This document shows, piece after piece, positions 58,493-64,000 of a stretch of DNA of 64,000 nt (position 1 is the first letter of the stretch; each line of letters opens with the position of its first letter). Below the pieces are notes generated by a model that was not told the DNA's origin, made no database searches, and worked only from the letters and a program-made list of their open reading frames with translations. Source of the stretch: Laetmonice hystrix (taxonomy: Eukaryota). The position numbers and the translations under genes were made by a program. The stretch lies in NCBI GenBank assembly GCA_965235115.1, contig OZ249436.1, positions 45,634,001 through 45,698,000 on the forward strand, given 5' to 3'.

Positions 58493-60440
58493 ATCCTGAT
58501 ATCTCAGGCATTCCACATAGATCTTTATCAGAGGTTAAACACTATGTAAAGATATTTACATTTGATCTAAACTACATTTTGAAATAACAACATTATTCGT
58601 CTTTTCTTGTTAGCGTTAGAAGCTTATCCCAATCCTTAGATTCATTCAAAGTGCCTCTGTTCAAGTTGTTTTTTTTATATCTATAAACCACTAGACTATA
58701 CTGTGGATAGGAGCTTACGTCCTGCTCGCCGTGAGACCGAGGGCCGAGCATTTCTCTGTCGCATAAGACGTTGATGTTGAATGGTGTCATTGCATGTGGT
58801 CAACTATAACTTTAGGACCGAGCGAAAGTGGTATACCTGTACGGGTTGGTCGCCTTGGTTCACTTATAGATAAGTAGTATAATATCACGATATGTAGTAT
58901 ATATTATTACGATATGTAGTATATTATCACGATATGTAGTATATATTATACCAACCCTATAATGGAAATAAACTTATTATTATTGTATTATTATAATCAA
59001 GGCCTGAACTTTACCTCCCATGATAGCAGTGTTTAGACGCTGCTGATGCTATACCATGGCTATTTAGTATCGTCTGGCACTTCTGCATAATTAACATGTA
59101 AATGCCTAATAAAGGTGTGAATATAATCCGGAAGTAGGTAGTCCTATTTAAGGGCGGAATCAAAATAGGACTCTTCACAAGTTTCATCGTTGTGCCCAAT
59201 GAATTCTCTCAAAATATACAAATTTTTGAATCTCCATGTTTTGACCTATTATTTAGCAGATATCGGAACTTCATCTGAAATTATTAAGTTATAAGTTACT
59301 TAGCTTCAGTGGTTCCCGAATGTTGTTTGTTTGGAGAGTTGTTTCCTGAACCATCGTTGTTTAAGGTTAGAAGGGCAGCTTGAGTTCGGGAACTCAACAT
59401 AGGCCTACTTCACCTGCGGTCAAAGACAATGTGTATTTGCTGGGGGCTACAGGAGAACAATACTAAATATGTATCTGTATTGAAGTTATTAAAAAAATGA
59501 TGTTTGATTTCTCTTTCGTCTGTCTTTGTTCAAAAGTAGATTGTCCATGCGATGATAGGTCTTTAAAATAAAAAGGTTGACCTCCATGAGAAATGTACAA
59601 CCACAAAATGTAGTAGGCCCATGAGGAAGGGGTAAACAATCTTTTGGGGGGACGCTGGAATGACTGTGCTTCCGGGACTTGGTTAGGAGAAATGCTATAA
59701 ATATTGGTGGGACTAGCGACAAATCGCTTCTGTGACGCGAACAGTATCGAGTACATTCAAATGTAGATCTACTCCCCTTATTTTCCCCCTTTTTCTTCCC
59801 GTCCCTTCCCGTCGTCCTTTCATTTACTCGTCTTTCCTCTCGTTATTTCTTCTCTTCTATTTGTTTGTTTGTTTCCCTTGGTAATTCTTTTGCGTTCTTT
59901 AGTTCCATGATTTTAACTTACCCTTTCATTTTCCAATTTTTCCTTCAAATTAATGTTATATCGGAAACAATAATGATATTCCTGCACGAATTAATATTAT
60001 TTGACCTATCAGGATTGCCAATGATACCGCCTAGAGCCCCAAACACGTCATAACCCGGACTACATCAAGTCCAGAGTATGCAACTATTATGTATGACTTG
60101 TGCATACTCAAAGGAAGGCATACATACAGAGATGCATTCAGCGTCTCGAGTAAAATATGATCAGACACAATATACTTCCTTTATGTTTTGCACATCTTTA
60201 TCACATCTTTGTCATTGTCACTTTGTCATCGATTTAATACTGTCTTAAGTGGTTGTAATAATTTACCATAATAATATACATGGTTATACATATTCTTTTC
60301 ATGACTCTATTTAATATGTTAATTATATGACAGTTTGCAACTGTTACTGCTACCAAAAAACATTATTAATATATTTTTTCCCATCGACGCTTCATTAACG
60401 GATTTACCTTCTGAATGAATTAGAATATCATGCATTACAA

Positions 60441-60558
60441 TGTGGGGTGGGGGTGGGGTGGTGTGGGGGTGGGGTGGTGTGGGGTGCGGGTGGGGGTGGG
60501 GGTGGGGTGCGGGTGGGGGTGGGGGTGGGGGTGGGGTGGGGTGGGGGTGGGGGTGGGG
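60441..60558. repeat. (GGGGGT)n G-rich tract
   Basis: Many G4-5 runs separated by T. Confidence 0.88.
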
Positions 60559-61088
60559 CTATACATTTCCGTATTCCTTAATGGTGTTAACGTCTTACTA
60601 ACATTTCGGTTTCCGAGAGTGAGGAGGTGTCAGTCAATGTCAAACCCTACGTACAGATATACCATTGTCTTATAATGTTTTTACTATATTGATAAGTCAA
60701 ATAAGTGTTCGATATAATTATCAAATTTATGGGCCTTTTCTCCTCCCTGCAAGCACATTGGCAGGTGCTTATAGGCGGTGTCAAGTCGATCAGCTATCGC
60801 TCGGAGTCCTAACTGTACTTCATATTCCAAGGACATGCTCGCCTGAAGTCATCGGTTGTGACTATCTCAAGGATGTACGGTTTACTGATTTATGGCAATA
60901 ATTGACCTTTGGACCGCGTTATGAAATACGTTAGTGACATTCCCAACCATACGTCTGCGTAAGTAGGAGAGGTGGGCTCTTTCCAGTTACCTGACAGTTA
61001 AAGAAACGATGATGAGGATCAGGGTGGCACAGGCTGTCAGAGGTTTAAATCAGAACTTTATTCTCACTGGTATGTTTTCGGCAGCAGA

Positions 61089-61196
61089 ATCTTCATTCAG
61101 CTCTTGAGCTGTGATATCTTCATTCAGCTCTTGAGCTGTGATATCTTCATTCAGCTCTTGAGCTGTGATATCTTCATTCAGCTCTTGAGCTGTGAT
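61089..61196. repeat. 27-bp tandem repeat, 4 copies
   Basis: Unit atcttcattcagctcttgagctgtgat. Confidence 0.9.
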
Positions 61197-61370
61197 AGAA
61201 CTATCACCTCTTGGTGAATGTCTCCCGGTCACACAGGAGGTTACACGTGCATCGCCTGTCATTATTCATTCTTGTCAGTCAGTAGCTGACAACAGATACT
61301 TAGCTACTTTTCCGTTCCGTTTTCACGCCACTGGAAGATCCCCTTCTTTCGGCAGGCGGCTCAGGCCCTG

Positions 61371-62204
61371 GGCCCGTATTCATAAAGCTACTTAAGACAA
61401 AGCAGACCGAATAAGTACCCACTTAAATTAGGCACTCCGAATAAGTCGAATTCAATATGCTACTTATGTTGTGCAAACCACTTAAAATGACCCCTACATT
61501 TAAGACACCTCCGAGGCTGTCTTAAATATAGCCAGGTTGATCATCTCACTGAAATTCTGTCATTGCTGGGTCATCCTCACCCAGTATTGACCTTATCTTC
61601 TGTGAGAGACGCTAAGGAGGCTAAGGTAGAGGGCCTCCGCCTGTAACAAAACAGTACAAAATCACTGTATTGTACATAATAAGAGAGGCAGAAATGAGCT
61701 ATTGTATCGTATCCTGTCAATGTAGACGTTTCGCCTTGGACCATGCTGGGGTGATAAAGATTGTTAATTGTTGTTCCTGTACGGAATTGTATTATGTTGT
61801 GGTCATTTTGCTGACATGAAACGCTATACTTCATATTAATTTCGTTTTGTGTACCGTTATTGTAACTCAGTAACCCTTTTAATATGAGGTTTAAGTTGCC
61901 TCACCATGGAGAATATTTCAAAAATATTAGAAACAAATGATAATTGACACAGCACAGTAAGACGTGCACACCCTGTCCGTGGCAGGTTGCCTAACCCCAG
62001 GAAATCGACCGAAACCACCAGGAAATGTGATATAAGGGCCGCTTAGCAACCACTTGAGACGCTTCCCCTGACTTTGCGCGGGGTACTGAACAACGTGGGG
62101 CACTTAAGCTTGTTTATGAATCTCAACTTACGTACCCCACCTGCCTCAGTGGACTGCACTCGATATAAGGGGTCTTAAATTAAGAAGTTTTATGAATACG
62201 GGCC
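61371..62204. mobile_element. PIF/Harbinger-like non-autonomous element with CTG target-site duplication
   Basis: ctg|ggcccgtattcataaagctacttaa ... ttaagaagttttatgaatacgggcc|ctg. Confidence 0.75.
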
Positions 62205-62299
62205 CTGAGATGGATCGGGGAACGGGTCGGCCGACTCCTGGAGACCCATCGGACGATCAACAGGCCATTCTTCCAAAATGCATGTTAGTTGTTAGTTGT

Positions 62300-63040
62300 C
62301 ACCTTCTCAGTAAGGGGGGGGGGGTGATATCATAGGCCATTCTCCCACCTTCTCTATAGGGGGGGGGATCATAGGCCATTCCCCCACCTTCTCTGTAAGC
62401 GGATAATATCATAGGCCATTCTCCTACCTTCTCTGTAGGGGTGATATCATAGGCCATTCTCCCACCTTCTCTGTAGGGGGGATACCATAGGCCATTCTCC
62501 CACCTTCTCTGTAGGAGGATAATATCATAGGCCATTCTCCCACCTTCTCTGTGGGGGGATAATATCATAGGCCATTCTCCCATCTTCTCTGTAGGGGGAT
62601 GATATCATAGGCCATTCTCCCACCTTCTCTGTAGGGTGTAGGGGGATGATATCATAGGTCATTCTCCTACCTTCTCTGTGGGGGGATATCATAGGCCATT
62701 CTCCCACCTTCTCTGTAGGATGTAGGGGGATGATATCATAGGTCATTCTCCTACCTTCTCTGTGGGGGGGGGGGTAGTATCATAGGCCATTCTCCCACCT
62801 CCTCTGTAGGGGGATAATCTCATAGGCCATTCTCCCACCTTCTCTGTGGGGGGATGATATCATAGGCCACTCTCCCACCTTCTCTGTGGGGGGATGATAT
62901 CATAGGCCATTCTCCCAACATCTCTGTAGGGGGTGGGTGATATAATGGGGCATTCTCCCACCTTCTCTGGGGGGGGGGGTGATATCACAGGCAATTCTCC
63001 CACCTTCTCTGTGGGGGGTGGGGGGTGTTATCACAGGCCA
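62300..63040. repeat. ~40-bp minisatellite with variable G-run, ~18 copies
   Basis: Unit gatatcataggccattctcccaccttctctgtagggg(g)n. Confidence 0.9.
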
Positions 63041-64000
63041 TATCTTAAACTGGTACTTTAATCACTTATATATCTCGCTACCGTAATGCAAGTTAGATAT
63101 TGAAAAGGGTAAGCATAAAGCCTTTCCCTGATTTCAAACACATATTACACAACCTATGCTATAGGTACAAACTTAATACTTTTATGCATTTTATACCTGA
63201 AGACAAAAAGAGTTTCCCGTTATTTTTGAACCTCAACATGTGGTCAACAGATTTGTCGCCAAGTGTTCTACAGTCACCGTCGCTAAAACATCCGTTATCC
63301 TTGCTTTCAAAGTTTCAATATCAGGAACTGATGAACTGAACACTTCACATAGCCCCCTATAAAAGAGGGGTAATGTGTGGTGAAGGTGGTGGCCATGGCA
63401 TTGCATCATCCCTCCCAATCTATCGGTTTGGGAAGGTTCAAGAACTGATGAACAACGGAACCTCAGTGTGTAACTGTACATTTTGTTTCGTGATACCACA
63501 AACCACACTGGGCTTTCTTTTTCATAGACGCCATTCTGATACTGAATGCAGCGCCACCTGTACGTAAAAAAGTCTATGAATTGGTTTACGTAATGCCCCA
63601 AAATTCCTGTTTTTATCTAGAATAGTTTTTAAGATAATGATTGTCCATTATTAGGGAAAGACTTTATGTTCACCATGTATAGAAATTACGTGCACAGAAA
63701 GTTACATGATCAAACGATCATAGAACATCGTTTAAAAAACACATTACATAACATTGTATCCCGAGGGTAGACTATTATAAAGTACTCTACTAGAGGAACC
63801 TCAGTCTATAGTTGATAAACCAAGGTAAGAATTAAGTATGTATAGCCGAAGGCAGATGACTCTGGCCAGTGACCTTTCGCCGACAGTTATTGTCAGAGGT
63901 CAACGTGTTTTTGCATTGGAGTCTGATATTGCCTCACACATGCGCGATGCGCTGGTACTAAGTGGCTGACTTTCCTCGCCGCCAAATCTGGGAACGTTAC

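Noticed and set aside
61050..62290. Possible minus-strand exon(s) interrupted by the Harbinger-like element (ITAQELNED repeats)
   Set aside because: No recognisable protein similarity, stops in the joined frames, and no convincing splice pair.

Overview
Intron-rich, repeat-rich animal genomic DNA, probably from an invertebrate (taxon cannot be proven from the sequence). Five protein-coding genes were reconstructed by hand from splice sites and reading frame: (1) S-adenosylmethionine synthase, + strand, 8 exons, 399 aa, with a GC-AG intron; (2) a divergent N-acetylneuraminate lyase-like gene, + strand, 309 aa, possibly with a 67-aa N-terminal extension; (3) an SLC7 light-chain amino-acid transporter, - strand, 10 exons, 541 aa; (4, 5) two related two-exon genes for unrecognised secreted Arg/Tyr/Ser/His-rich proproteins that share an LSYxCN motif and furin-type sites. 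The most notable signals are these. Three minisatellites are built from the genes' own splice acceptor, splice donor or start-codon region. The two secreted proteins look like an orphan family. A Lys sits at the SLC7 TM6 substrate-selectivity position. A tandemly duplicated ~2-kb element carries three hairpins with the same GA-clamped mini-hairpin cap and a tRNA-like head. The rest is MITEs, a 7.3-kb 63-bp satellite and microsatellites. Most long ORFs in the supplied track are repeat artefacts. All coordinates and counts were read manually; no database search was run.
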